Shown: positions 18,472 to 27,002 of the stretch, one piece after another
Numbering within the stretch: the first letter of the stretch is position 1
Layout of the letters: each line of letters begins with the position of its first letter
IMG/VR virus record: IMGVR_UViG_3300015607_003969
Coordinates: 1 to 64,000 of that record
Source: an uncultured virus (IMG/VR IMGVR_UViG_3300015607_003969)
Taxonomy: Duplodnaviria; Heunggongvirae; Uroviricota; Caudoviricetes
DNA: 64,000 bases
Strand: one strand, 5' to 3'
Notes under the pieces: model-generated
Databases searched by the model: none
Seen by the model: only the letters and a program-made list of their open reading frames with translations
Told to the model about the DNA's origin: nothing
Made by a program: the position numbers and the translations under genes

Positions 18472-18781
18472 GAACAAAAATGGTGAGAAGGTCCGTCTGT
18501 GGAGGCCCGACGTCGGCGAAGAGCTGGAGGGCGTATTCATAGACGTGGAGAGCCTTTCCTCGGCGTGGGGCTTCTTCCCCGCGCTCTGCCTTGTGCGTGC
18601 GGACGGCGTTATCTATGCCTCAGGCGTAAACCTGATGTATCAGGCAAGGACGCTCAAAGTCCGCGACCTAGCCCAGCTAGGGGTCACCCTGCACATCAAG
18701 TGCGTAGCGCACGAAGTGCGTGACGCGGCCACAAACAAGTTCCTGCGCCGATTTGAGCTAACGGTAAAGACCGAGGAGTGA
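18464..18781 (+). CDS. Small beta-rich (possibly OB-fold) phage protein
   Basis: WRPDVGEELEGVFIDVE pattern; weak. Confidence 0.45.
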   Translation: MAKNKNGEKVRLWRPDVGEELEGVFIDVESLSSAWGFFPALCLVRADGVIYASGVNLMYQARTLKVRDLAQLGVTLHIKCVAHEVRDAATNKFLRRFELTVKTEE

Positions 18782-18782
18782 A

Positions 18783-19295
18783 ATGTTGTATTTCAACGGG
18801 ATTGAGGACCAGGAATCCAGGGAGGCTCGAAACTTCGTGCTGAGCCAGGCCTGGAGCGCGTCCTTCGCGATAAAGTCTCACCAGACGGAGGACTACGAGA
18901 CCAACAGCTACCTGGCCCAGCACCCGGATGTGCCGGTAGAGTGGCTGCTGCGCTACCTGGCGAGCTACGGCACCGCCTGGAGCAACCCCTCGCTGGAGGA
19001 TCACCTCAGGCTGAGGAGCACGTATGCCTCGGCCTACGCCATCGTCTGCAAGCACTGGCTCGGCGTGCATGTCCAGTCCACTCAGCCTCTGGGGGACGAC
19101 GTACTCCTGCGCATGGGGGTGCTGGAGCAGGCGTTGCCCCTCGTTATCGCCTCCGGGGACAGCGGCATCGCCCTGGCGGGGTACCAGGTGGAGTACGGGA
19201 CCTGGGAGATGCGACATCACGCCCTCCACTTCAGGCCTTACTGGAACAAGGTTAAGCCCTTGCTGGAGCGGATGTACGTGCTATTCGGGCCCTTA
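18783..19295 (+). CDS. (N/H)PxxP...WxNP family protein, first half of the listed 18783-19754 ORF, ending at TTA
   Basis: LAQHPDVP...AWSNPSL; TTA at 19293 directly precedes a terminator-like hairpin. Confidence 0.55.
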
Positions 19296-19299
19296 CATC

Positions 19300-19330
19300 G
19301 GGCAAGGCGCGGGGGGCGCCTTGCTTTAGC
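19300..19330 (+). terminator. Hairpin terminator inside the apparent 18783-19754 ORF
   Basis: GCAAGGCGC-GGGGG-GCGCCTTGC followed by TTTAGC. Confidence 0.5.
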
Positions 19331-19355
19331 CACGAAAGGGGGAATAAGGCGTCTG

Positions 19356-19754
19356 ATGCTGGACAAGGACCTGAACTCACACCTCTTCGAAGAGATGCTC
19401 GCCGACCCCGAGACCCCTAAGGAGTCGATAGAGCTCTGCGTGAACATCATAAACCTGCATGACTGGGCGGAGGACCCTCGGGGCGTGGAACACCGGCAGA
19501 AGCTCCTCGCGCTCGCTGTACAAAACCCGCAGATACCCCGAAAGCTTTGGTTCAAACTGTGCCACGGGTACAGCCTTGTGGAGGAGGGCGAGAGAAACCC
19601 GATCGTCGCACTGTGGCGTGTGGAGTCCCCTGCCACCATGTCACACTGGGACGAGGTGAAGGATCCACATAACGTATGGGTAGGTGCAGATGCAGAGGGT
19701 CTGCCCAACATCGTGTACACTTTTAATCGGCCCGTACTCTTCAACGTCCTATGA
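19356..19754 (+). CDS. (N/H)PxxP family protein, second half
   Basis: ATG 7 nt after GGAATAAG; LAVQNPQIP...ERNPIVALW. Confidence 0.55.
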   Translation: MLDKDLNSHLFEEMLADPETPKESIELCVNIINLHDWAEDPRGVEHRQKLLALAVQNPQIPRKLWFKLCHGYSLVEEGERNPIVALWRVESPATMSHWDEVKDPHNVWVGADAEGLPNIVYTFNRPVLFNVL

Positions 19755-20053
19755 ACCACGATTACACAGACATCCTCGACCCGAACATCTCGAAAGCTGA
19801 CTGGCTACGGCTTTGCCATATGAAGTCCGCCTTCGACATCGGCATGACGAACCCGATCTACCCGTTGTGGCTGCTGTCAGACCCTAGCTTTGCCGACAAG
19901 GTGGAGCTCGCGCGCAACACTCCCCTGGAGGATGTGGAGCGGCACACGGGCGAGGGTCTGCCCGTCACCAACATCCTGCTAGTGCGCCTGAAGGAGCGTA
20001 GCTTCGCCAGTCGCATCTTTGACGCAATCCCCTTGGAGAAGAAGGATGGATGA
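19751..20053 (+). CDS. (N/H)PxxP family protein
   Basis: ILDPNIS...MTNPIYPLWLLSDP; ATGA overlap. Confidence 0.6.
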   Translation: MNHDYTDILDPNISKADWLRLCHMKSAFDIGMTNPIYPLWLLSDPSFADKVELARNTPLEDVERHTGEGLPVTNILLVRLKERSFASRIFDAIPLEKKDG

Positions 20054-20627
20054 GTACCCGACAGATGAAGAGGAGTTCCAGGAGCTGCTTTGCCTGGCCC
20101 CCGAGCTCATGGACCCAACGGTACCGTGGCAAACCATCATGAAGGCCATGCCTGAGGGGCCTGCCGCAGAGATGGCCCTCTGTGCGGCATCCTTGAACCC
20201 AAACGCCCCCATCGCCTTCCTCCAGGAACGCCTGGAGGACAATCACTCCTGCTGCTGCTGGAGAAACCCCTGCTGGGAGGTGTACCGTCTCGGCGATGGC
20301 GTGCATATGAAGCGGCTGATGGCCTGGTCCCTTGGGCTTCAGTACACCGCCGTCCCTTCCTCGGGTGGCACGCACCTCCTGATAGACCTGGCCTTTCGCG
20401 AGACAGACATGTTCAGCCCGCAGGACATCGACGAGATTCTGGAGTTCACCTTCCGTGTGCTGCGCACAAAGCCTGAGGGCGGCCCCCACGCGTACATGGG
20501 CGTAGAGGAGGACAACTTCATGTTTTCCCGGGAGTTTGCCCTAGACCTAGGCATCCTTGACTGGTGGAGGGGCTGGCTTTCCATGGTGGATGACATGGAA
20601 CGCCTGGCCTTTGGTCTGGGCAAATAA
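20046..20627 (+). CDS. (N/H)PxxP...WxNP family protein
   Basis: ASLNPNAP...CWRNPCW. Confidence 0.6.
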   Translation: MDEYPTDEEEFQELLCLAPELMDPTVPWQTIMKAMPEGPAAEMALCAASLNPNAPIAFLQERLEDNHSCCCWRNPCWEVYRLGDGVHMKRLMAWSLGLQYTAVPSSGGTHLLIDLAFRETDMFSPQDIDEILEFTFRVLRTKPEGGPHAYMGVEEDNFMFSREFALDLGILDWWRGWLSMVDDMERLAFGLGK

Positions 20628-20726
20628 CGGGTAAAATCGGGCATAAGAATATAGATGGCACCCGCATATCCTTCGGGGTAACTGGCAGGTGCCTAGCTCG
20701 AAGCCCCTACGGGGGCCAGGGCGTCA

Positions 20727-20854
20727 GGGTGTGCCGACTGGTGGTCGGCCGTTAGCCAGATCAAAACCCCCATGCTGTTGCTCATCTCCCCGAGCACCCA
20801 TGGGTAAGTAGCGATCGACTAGCGTAGCGGGTTCGATTCCCGTCGCATCCACGA
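20727..20854 (+). ncRNA. Minimal tmRNA-like / tRNA-Ala-like RNA
   Basis: Acceptor stem GGGTGTG/CGCATCC with G3-U70 and discriminator A; T-arm GCGGG-TTCGATT-CCCGT; long irregular hairpin in place of an anticodon arm. Confidence 0.65.
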
Positions 20855-21160
20855 GGGCTGCAACGTACGGCCCCTCACTGGTCCGCCGCGCGAGGCGGTT
20901 CGAGTACGCGCCACATATGTGGCGCCCACAGGGCCTGGACTGATCATCCAGGTACTGAAAAGTTACTCGACGTTGCAGCGAAGGTCCCGGAAACCCACGC
21001 CGGAGCGTGCCCCGAGTCATGAACGGGGCAGCCAAGGGAACACCCAGCCCTTGGTGAAAGGTGGACAGCCTCGAACGGTCGCGGGCGCGACTGTTGGAGG
21101 GTTGCAGGGGTTTGCCGCACCTGCCTGTAGAGTAATCTACGGGGAATAGCGGCTTTTTAG
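20855..21160 (+). ncRNA. Highly structured non-coding RNA of unknown class
   Basis: GCTGCAACGT/ACGTTGCAGC enclosing stem, 18-nt palindrome and at least seven further hairpins; ends in TTTTTAGC. Confidence 0.45.
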
Positions 21161-21187
21161 CTAAGGAAGGTAAGGAAGGAGGGAAGG

Positions 21188-21511
21188 ATGCGGGCGGAGA
21201 GAAAGAAGGCCCGCTTCGACCTCTGGAGGGCGCAATTGCCCTACCCAGAGGCAAAGCGGCACGAAAGCGTCCGCGAGGCGTTCGTCCAATGGGACGCCTC
21301 GTCGGACGGGATGCGCCCAGCCGGCAGCGGCTGGGAAAACGTGTCCACGTGGACACTGGTGCTGCCCCGCTTTCAGGACAAGGCGGGGCGCTGGGTGCGG
21401 GAGGCCGAGTACAAGACCTCCCGCGACCTCCAGGGCCTGAGGGAGACCTTCCGGCGGATTCCGCCCTTCGGGGCGGAGGAGCGCCCGATCGGCGACTGCC
21501 GAGGGCGCTGA
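21188..21511 (+). CDS. Hypothetical protein
   Basis: Strong purine-rich RBS (AAGGAGG); followed by a terminator. Confidence 0.55.
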   Translation: MRAERKKARFDLWRAQLPYPEAKRHESVREAFVQWDASSDGMRPAGSGWENVSTWTLVLPRFQDKAGRWVREAEYKTSRDLQGLRETFRRIPPFGAEERPIGDCRGR

Positions 21512-21556
21512 AGAAAGGGGCCGGGGTACAGAGACCTGGCCTCTTTCTTTAGCCCC
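21511..21556 (+). terminator. Intrinsic terminator
   Basis: AAGAAAGGGGCCGGG...CCTGGCCTCTTTCTT hairpin then TAGCCCC. Confidence 0.6.
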
Positions 21557-21583
21557 TAAATACGGCATAAGTACAGCACAGCC

Positions 21584-22453
21584 ATGTCCCGCCAAACGAG
21601 ACGCGCAAAGAGGGAAGCCGCACTGGCACACCCGGACTACGTCAACGCTAGAACACGTGAGGACTTCGAGAAACTTCTGAAGAGTAGGCATCCTGGCGTC
21701 ATCAACGCCCTTCGGACGAATCCCCACCTACCGGCCATCCTGCGGGTGGGTGGGCTCACGAAACACCCTGCCTTCTGGGACAACCCTACAACGCAACTTG
21801 ATCTGATGGCAGGGACCGTCCCGGTCCCTATGCTAGATCTCGCCCACAGGCTGTGGGCCTATTGTCTGACGTACAAGGGTCGAACTCCCCGATGGCCAGA
21901 CCATTTGATCGAGACCGTGGAGCGTGGGTGGCAGAGCCTTACGCCGAAGCAGATCAACTTCGTCGTTGCTACCCTCACCGCCCGCCGACAGGCGGACTGG
22001 TGCCTGCGGGTGCAGAGGGGTCTGATCCCTATATTTCTAGCCGACGCACGCCGGACGATCGTTGGCCCCCTCACGGAGGAAATCCTGGGCCGTGCATGCT
22101 GGTTGTTGAGCCACACAGAGGCATTCACATTCTTCAGTGCGAGGCTCCTGGTCGGGAGGGGGGTGCAAATCACGCTAAGGACCTACTCACAGATGGTCCC
22201 CATCCAGGAGGGTCTAGCGCCCAACTCAGCTACACTCTGCGTGCTTGCAGGGGGGCGGTGGTGGGGGTTGACCTACGGGCATGTCGCTACAATCGGCAGC
22301 ATTGTCACGGCATTCCAAGAGCTGGATGAGGGGACGGCCAGGGCCATGGTCAGCGATCTCCCCACCTTTCCCTGGGTGCTCTCCCGGCTCCAGGGGCGTG
22401 CAGACACCCTGATGGGTCGTAGGCATAACCGAGGCAAGTACCCGGGATTGTGA
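21584..22453 (+). CDS. (N/H)PxxP...WxNP family protein
   Basis: ALRTNPHLP...FWDNP. Confidence 0.6.
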   Translation: MSRQTRRAKREAALAHPDYVNARTREDFEKLLKSRHPGVINALRTNPHLPAILRVGGLTKHPAFWDNPTTQLDLMAGTVPVPMLDLAHRLWAYCLTYKGRTPRWPDHLIETVERGWQSLTPKQINFVVATLTARRQADWCLRVQRGLIPIFLADARRTIVGPLTEEILGRACWLLSHTEAFTFFSARLLVGRGVQITLRTYSQMVPIQEGLAPNSATLCVLAGGRWWGLTYGHVATIGSIVTAFQELDEGTARAMVSDLPTFPWVLSRLQGRADTLMGRRHNRGKYPGL

Positions 22454-22480
22454 GGGATAAGTGCCTGGGAGACCCAGATC

Positions 22481-22993
22481 ATGCACAAGTTCGTCAATGT
22501 TTCGAAGTTCAGCGACCTCCTCGGAACGAAGGACCACTGGTTGATCCACAACTACGGCGAGGACCCCTGTGAGGGCGCCTTGTGGTGGATGGCGGCGTTT
22601 ATGCTGGGCGCGGCCCACCGGTTCAGGGAGGAAGCCCGGCCGGGCGTGGAAGAGATCATCAAGGACCAGGATACGGGGATCTGGCCTGCGGTGGAGAGCG
22701 CTGTGCTGGGCCTCCCCTACGATGTTCTCGCGCGGGACACGGCGGCGATCAGCAGCTGGTCTGACGCCAACCGCTTCCAGATCGGCTCCATCTGCGAGGG
22801 CCGTGACATCCTGGAGTCGATCTGCCACGCCCTGGAGCTGGCCGGGTTCGGGAAGTGCTTGCGCCACGAGCTGGCGGAGTATGACAACCAGTACAGCCAG
22901 CACAAAAGCTACCTTCGAACGGTGCCCAGCCCGTTTGCCTCCCTGAAGGAGGTGGCCCTGGTCGAGCCGCAGCGCTGGTGGGGGTGGCTGTGA
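22481..22993 (+). CDS. Hypothetical protein
   Basis: GGGAG RBS; high-GC3 codon pattern. Confidence 0.6.
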   Translation: MHKFVNVSKFSDLLGTKDHWLIHNYGEDPCEGALWWMAAFMLGAAHRFREEARPGVEEIIKDQDTGIWPAVESAVLGLPYDVLARDTAAISSWSDANRFQIGSICEGRDILESICHALELAGFGKCLRHELAEYDNQYSQHKSYLRTVPSPFASLKEVALVEPQRWWGWL

Positions 22994-23289
22994 CCGACGG
23001 GGAAGCGCTGCTGCTTCGTGCAGCGGCTTACTGCACCCCTGCCTTCGAGGTGGTGCTCAAGTCTCACATCCTTCACGGCTTCGGTCCGACGTGGGACAGG
23101 GTCCGAAGCTCCTTCCGATCGGGGGCGGAGGGGCTCGTCGTCTCGGCCGTCGAGCACTGGCGACACCAGGACATCGCTGCGTTCAAAGCCGTGCTGCTGG
23201 AGGTCGGGAAGGCCTCTCACGCCGATGAGCGCATCGCGAGGGTGGCTGTGCGTGCCCTGCACGCTGCGATCCAGAAGGCGCGCCTCTAG
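22990..23289 (+). CDS. Hypothetical protein
   Basis: GTGA overlap. Confidence 0.5.
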   Translation: MTDGEALLLRAAAYCTPAFEVVLKSHILHGFGPTWDRVRSSFRSGAEGLVVSAVEHWRHQDIAAFKAVLLEVGKASHADERIARVAVRALHAAIQKARL

Positions 23290-23359
23290 TGTGATCGGGG
23301 GGAGGGGTTCGCTAGTTTAGCTATGAAAAAGTAATAAAGTGAGAGATATAGGGGAATCT

Positions 23360-24037
23360 ATGGCGAACTACACGAACAAGATGAAGATGCTCAACCTGGA
23401 CGGTATGAGCGACTCCCAGCTGGAAGACGTTCTTCTACGCTGTGAGAGGACACGCGACGAAGCCCGCGTCCGGGTGGCCGCTTACGCCAAGCTGATCGGC
23501 CTCTCGGGGAAGGACGGGGTGGACGCTGGCGCTCTCCTGAGCCTTCTCGACGCGATATACTGGAGTCTGCCGAAGAGGCTCCGGTGGAGGGGGACCAAAA
23601 AGCCGAGGTTCGAGAAGTACATCGCGTTCTTCTGGCGGATCGAGAAGTCCCTGCGCGCTCAGCTGCGGCACATCAAAACCTTGGCCTTGGCTAACCCTCC
23701 GGCCACGAAGCGCGAGATGGACGAGGCGTTCGACGTTTGGCACAAGCTGTTCGAGGTGCACCTGTGGTACTCGAAGTTCCATGACCCCAAGAGGTACCGG
23801 CTGATCGGCCAGATCGACCTCAATCTGGTGTGCCGGACCTCTTTGCCTACCTTGCTCGCGCATGTCCGTGCGTCGGAGGACGTGTACAAGAGGCGGGTGA
23901 GGAAGCTGCTGCACGCGGTGGTGCAGTTCGACATGTGCAAGCTCGCGTATGGGCCGAACAGCCAGAAATCCCGGGAGAGCTGGGCCCGTGTCGAGAGGCT
24001 GAAGAGGGGCATCCCCTCCCGTATTCTGGCGCCTTTA
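23360..24037 (+). CDS. Hypothetical helical protein (ends at TTA 24035-24037; standard code would run to 24235)
   Basis: TTA-C-ATG junction; standard reading overlaps the next gene by 197 nt. Confidence 0.55.
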
Positions 24038-24038
24038 C

Positions 24039-24713
24039 ATGACCCCCACCACATACGGCTGTCCGAGCTGTGGGGCGCGCGTAGGCCTGGAAGAGGGGCT
24101 CTACTTTTGCCGGGATCGCTGCGGGTGGGCCCTCATCAAGAAGAAGAGCACGGACACGAGTGCCCTGCCTACGTATGCACCAGCCAAACCCACGAATACA
24201 TCTTCCCCCGCGGGCACCAAGAAACCTCCCCCTAAGCCGCAAGCCAAAGCTGCCCCTGCGCAGCAAGTCGAGACGCACAACGAGGGGGAAGCAGACCACC
24301 TGGGCCACCTCCTCTACAGCGACACCCGGTTCTTCGAGGGCGACAAGTCGCCAGGAGTACCGGTAGCTGTGCTCAAGCGGATGGCCAACGCCAGGCCCCC
24401 CGGGTCTAGAAGCCACGCAGACACTCGATTTCGCGTGCTCACGCACCTCAACAAAGCCCCGGCTACAGCTGGCGAGTTGGCCAAGGCCCTCGGACTGGCC
24501 CTCTCCACGATCGTCGTGTGTATCAAGGATCTGCGCAACCAGGGGTTTGTCCATAATACCGGCTTCCGAAGGTACGCCATACACGTGCTGACACGTGAGC
24601 TGCTGGAGCTGCCCTTGGCGTTCAGGCCAATCGCTGCGCTGCTAGCAGCGTTGTCCGAGGAGTCTGCCAACAAAGTCGTGTCCGTCGCCAACTCCATGCG
24701 ACACAAACGATAA
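24039..24713 (+). CDS. Zn-ribbon plus winged-HTH DNA-binding protein
   Basis: CPSCG...CRDRC; TAGELAKALGLALSTIVVCIKDLRNQGFV. Confidence 0.65.
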   Translation: MTPTTYGCPSCGARVGLEEGLYFCRDRCGWALIKKKSTDTSALPTYAPAKPTNTSSPAGTKKPPPKPQAKAAPAQQVETHNEGEADHLGHLLYSDTRFFEGDKSPGVPVAVLKRMANARPPGSRSHADTRFRVLTHLNKAPATAGELAKALGLALSTIVVCIKDLRNQGFVHNTGFRRYAIHVLTRELLELPLAFRPIAALLAALSEESANKVVSVANSMRHKR

Positions 24714-24746
24714 AAACACGGAATAACAACCAGGAGGAGGTGCGCT

Positions 24747-25355
24747 TTGCACAGGCTTCTGGTGAAGCAGATCGCTGCTGCCCGATCCGTGGCAGATATC
24801 CGCAGGATCTTGCAGATGGATCCTGCTTGGGGGGATTTCACGATCTACGGTAGCGGGCACGGAGAGCCCGACGAGATCCAGCTCGCTGAGGAGAGCGCCC
24901 ACTGCGCCTTCCTCAGCTTGCGGCCTTGTCTCTGGCGGCGTCGGGGGATGAGCCGTTCGGACACCGCGATCGTAACTCGGGGTTTCATGGCCTGGTGGGA
25001 GGCGCGACACGGGGGTGTGGAGGGGTTGCTTGAGGACACCGTAACCTACCTGGAGAAGCTGTCCTTCGAGGAGGACGCGAGCACCCAGGAGGATAACTAC
25101 ATGCGGGCGATCCTCGTGGCGAACTGGGTGCATACCGCCCTCTTCTTCCTACAGCCGGGGATAACCCCTGTGCTTCGTCGCATGTATCTTGTGGACGGTC
25201 GCATGGCCTCCATAAGCGGACGTTTTCGGGAGTTCAGGCAGAGGGTACGCGGCACGCCCTCCGATCAGCTCAATATCGGGCTGCGCCTGGCTAAGCACGC
25301 CCCGTTTGCCGCTTGGTACACGATGTTTGAGTACAAAGGAGGAGACATTGCCTGA
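24747..25355 (+). CDS. Hypothetical protein
   Basis: AGGAGGAGG RBS with TTG start. Confidence 0.55.
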   Translation: MHRLLVKQIAAARSVADIRRILQMDPAWGDFTIYGSGHGEPDEIQLAEESAHCAFLSLRPCLWRRRGMSRSDTAIVTRGFMAWWEARHGGVEGLLEDTVTYLEKLSFEEDASTQEDNYMRAILVANWVHTALFFLQPGITPVLRRMYLVDGRMASISGRFREFRQRVRGTPSDQLNIGLRLAKHAPFAAWYTMFEYKGGDIA

Positions 25356-25845
25356 AAAGACGGTCGAAGACTCAATCGCGGCTGATGGGGAGATCTGGAG
25401 CTACCTCCAGATCCTTCGTCTGTCGTACCACCTACACCACACCGTCGGCCTGTCGACGGACCAGTTGGCCTGGTTGGCCGACGCGTTCAACTGTAGCCCT
25501 AGCGGCATCGAGGCGCTGCTGGCGGGTGCAGCCAAGAAATACGCGGAGCTGGTCGACGCCCCCACGGAGATGAAGGAGAGGGTCCGGGAGCCCAAGCCTT
25601 CGGGGTCAGCCCTCCACATCCCGATCGAGCTGCAACGGTTCGTCTACCGCAGGGCGAACAGCACCAGGACCCCTCCCGGCAACCGCGCCTGCTGCAAAGC
25701 TCTGGTGCTCGTGCATCAGGGGTTCAGCCTCTCTGAAGTGGCGAAGAAGTGCGGGCTGAGCCTCTTCAAGGTGCGCCGCATCTGTAACCGGGTGCGGCTC
25801 AGCGATGACCGGTACCTCACCATCCGGAACATGAAGGAGCCCTAA
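25348..25845 (+). CDS. HTH-domain protein
   Basis: C-terminal GFSLSEVAKKCGLSLFKVRRI; AGGAGGAG RBS with TTG start. Confidence 0.55.
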   Translation: MPEKTVEDSIAADGEIWSYLQILRLSYHLHHTVGLSTDQLAWLADAFNCSPSGIEALLAGAAKKYAELVDAPTEMKERVREPKPSGSALHIPIELQRFVYRRANSTRTPPGNRACCKALVLVHQGFSLSEVAKKCGLSLFKVRRICNRVRLSDDRYLTIRNMKEP

Positions 25846-26156
25846 TGAAAACGTGGAAGAAGTCCGACGCGCATTCCTACATGGAGGGCGCGTCGGTGAT
25901 ATCCGTGCAGGACTGGTTGTGGGAGGTCCAGACCCCCTACAACACCTTGACCTTCTACGTCTCTCTGGAGACGGGGAGGGGAGATACGACTCGCCTGCTG
26001 GTCTCTGGGGAGGAGGGCATGTTCTCCGATCGCCCCCTCCACGACCAAAACCTCCCGAAAGCGGAGGCCCACAGGTGGCAGGGCTACGCGGTCACGGCCA
26101 TCGTCAAGGCCATGCAGGACCTCCTCGCGGCGGTGAGGCCGAGGAGGCGCAGGTAG
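25845..26156 (+). CDS. Hypothetical protein
   Basis: TAATG coupling; AAGGAG RBS. Confidence 0.6.
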   Translation: MKTWKKSDAHSYMEGASVISVQDWLWEVQTPYNTLTFYVSLETGRGDTTRLLVSGEEGMFSDRPLHDQNLPKAEAHRWQGYAVTAIVKAMQDLLAAVRPRRRR

Positions 26157-26647
26157 TGCCCTGCGTAAGTGAATACAATGACATCTTGGCCGCGCGCAGG
26201 CTCGACAAGCCTGTGGGCTGGTTCAAGCTGTTCGAGTTCACGAACCAGCCCACGAAAATCGTATTCGAGGGCCACCTCCTGAGGTACGAGGGCATGTACG
26301 GCGTGTACGAGACCGCGCTCATGGTGATCGCGCACGACGGGAAGAGCCTGAAGTTCGTGCACACCAGGACTTCCACCTTCACGCAATACAGGGTGTGGCC
26401 CTTCCCTCACGGGTACCACCCGGCGCGCGACCTGATCCGTCGCATCCAGGAAGAGATGACCATGCGCCGGGAGGACAGGGCGCATCGGGCCCTGATGCTC
26501 TACATCCTGTCCATGGATGGGCCGCAGGAAGCCCGTCCAGGGGAGAGCAGCGACGAGTTCTGGGCCCGAGAGCACAGGGAGGCGTCGGATCGCCTGCGTG
26601 CGTGCGCCAACCACCCCACGGTCCCTGAATGCTACATCGGGCCATAA
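26156..26647 (+). CDS. Hypothetical protein
   Basis: TAGTG coupling; GAGGAGG upstream. Confidence 0.55.
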   Translation: MPCVSEYNDILAARRLDKPVGWFKLFEFTNQPTKIVFEGHLLRYEGMYGVYETALMVIAHDGKSLKFVHTRTSTFTQYRVWPFPHGYHPARDLIRRIQEEMTMRREDRAHRALMLYILSMDGPQEARPGESSDEFWAREHREASDRLRACANHPTVPECYIGP

Positions 26648-26991
26648 ACGCGACACTCCTGGTGCTCATCGACGGGCGCCTCCTCCTGAAGGCAAAGCTC
26701 CTGTCGCTGAGCCCGGGGCAAACAACCCTGCTCCGCTACAAGCACTGGAAGGAGCTCCTCGACACACGCACGGCGGGCAGTGATCCCCGTGCGTGTGTCG
26801 AGAGGTACGCCCGTGCGGTGCGACACATCACACCCTCGTGGCTCAGCGAAGCCACGAAGACCTTTGTCCTCGCCTCCGAGCACAGGATCACGCTACAGGC
26901 TGTCCTGGAGGAGGCGGACCGAAGCCGATCCGTGTTGCACCCTGAAGAGGTGCTTCGGCGGGTTTACGCAGCCGAGCTGCGCACCCGGTAG
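26629..26991 (+). CDS. Hypothetical protein
   Basis: Last plus-strand ORF before the convergent junction. Confidence 0.5.
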   Translation: MLHRAINATLLVLIDGRLLLKAKLLSLSPGQTTLLRYKHWKELLDTRTAGSDPRACVERYARAVRHITPSWLSEATKTFVLASEHRITLQAVLEEADRSRSVLHPEEVLRRVYAAELRTR

Positions 26992-27002
26992 GAGGGGCTT
27001 TT

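Noticed and set aside
20727..20854. Ordinary tRNA or tRNA-Sec gene
   Set aside because: No 7-nt anticodon loop on a 5-bp stem, and the D region is non-canonical
20975..21160. RNase P RNA or group I intron identity for the structured region
   Set aside because: Only fragments resemble them (GAAGGTCC, GCAGCCAAG, CGGCTT); the conserved cores could not be built by eye
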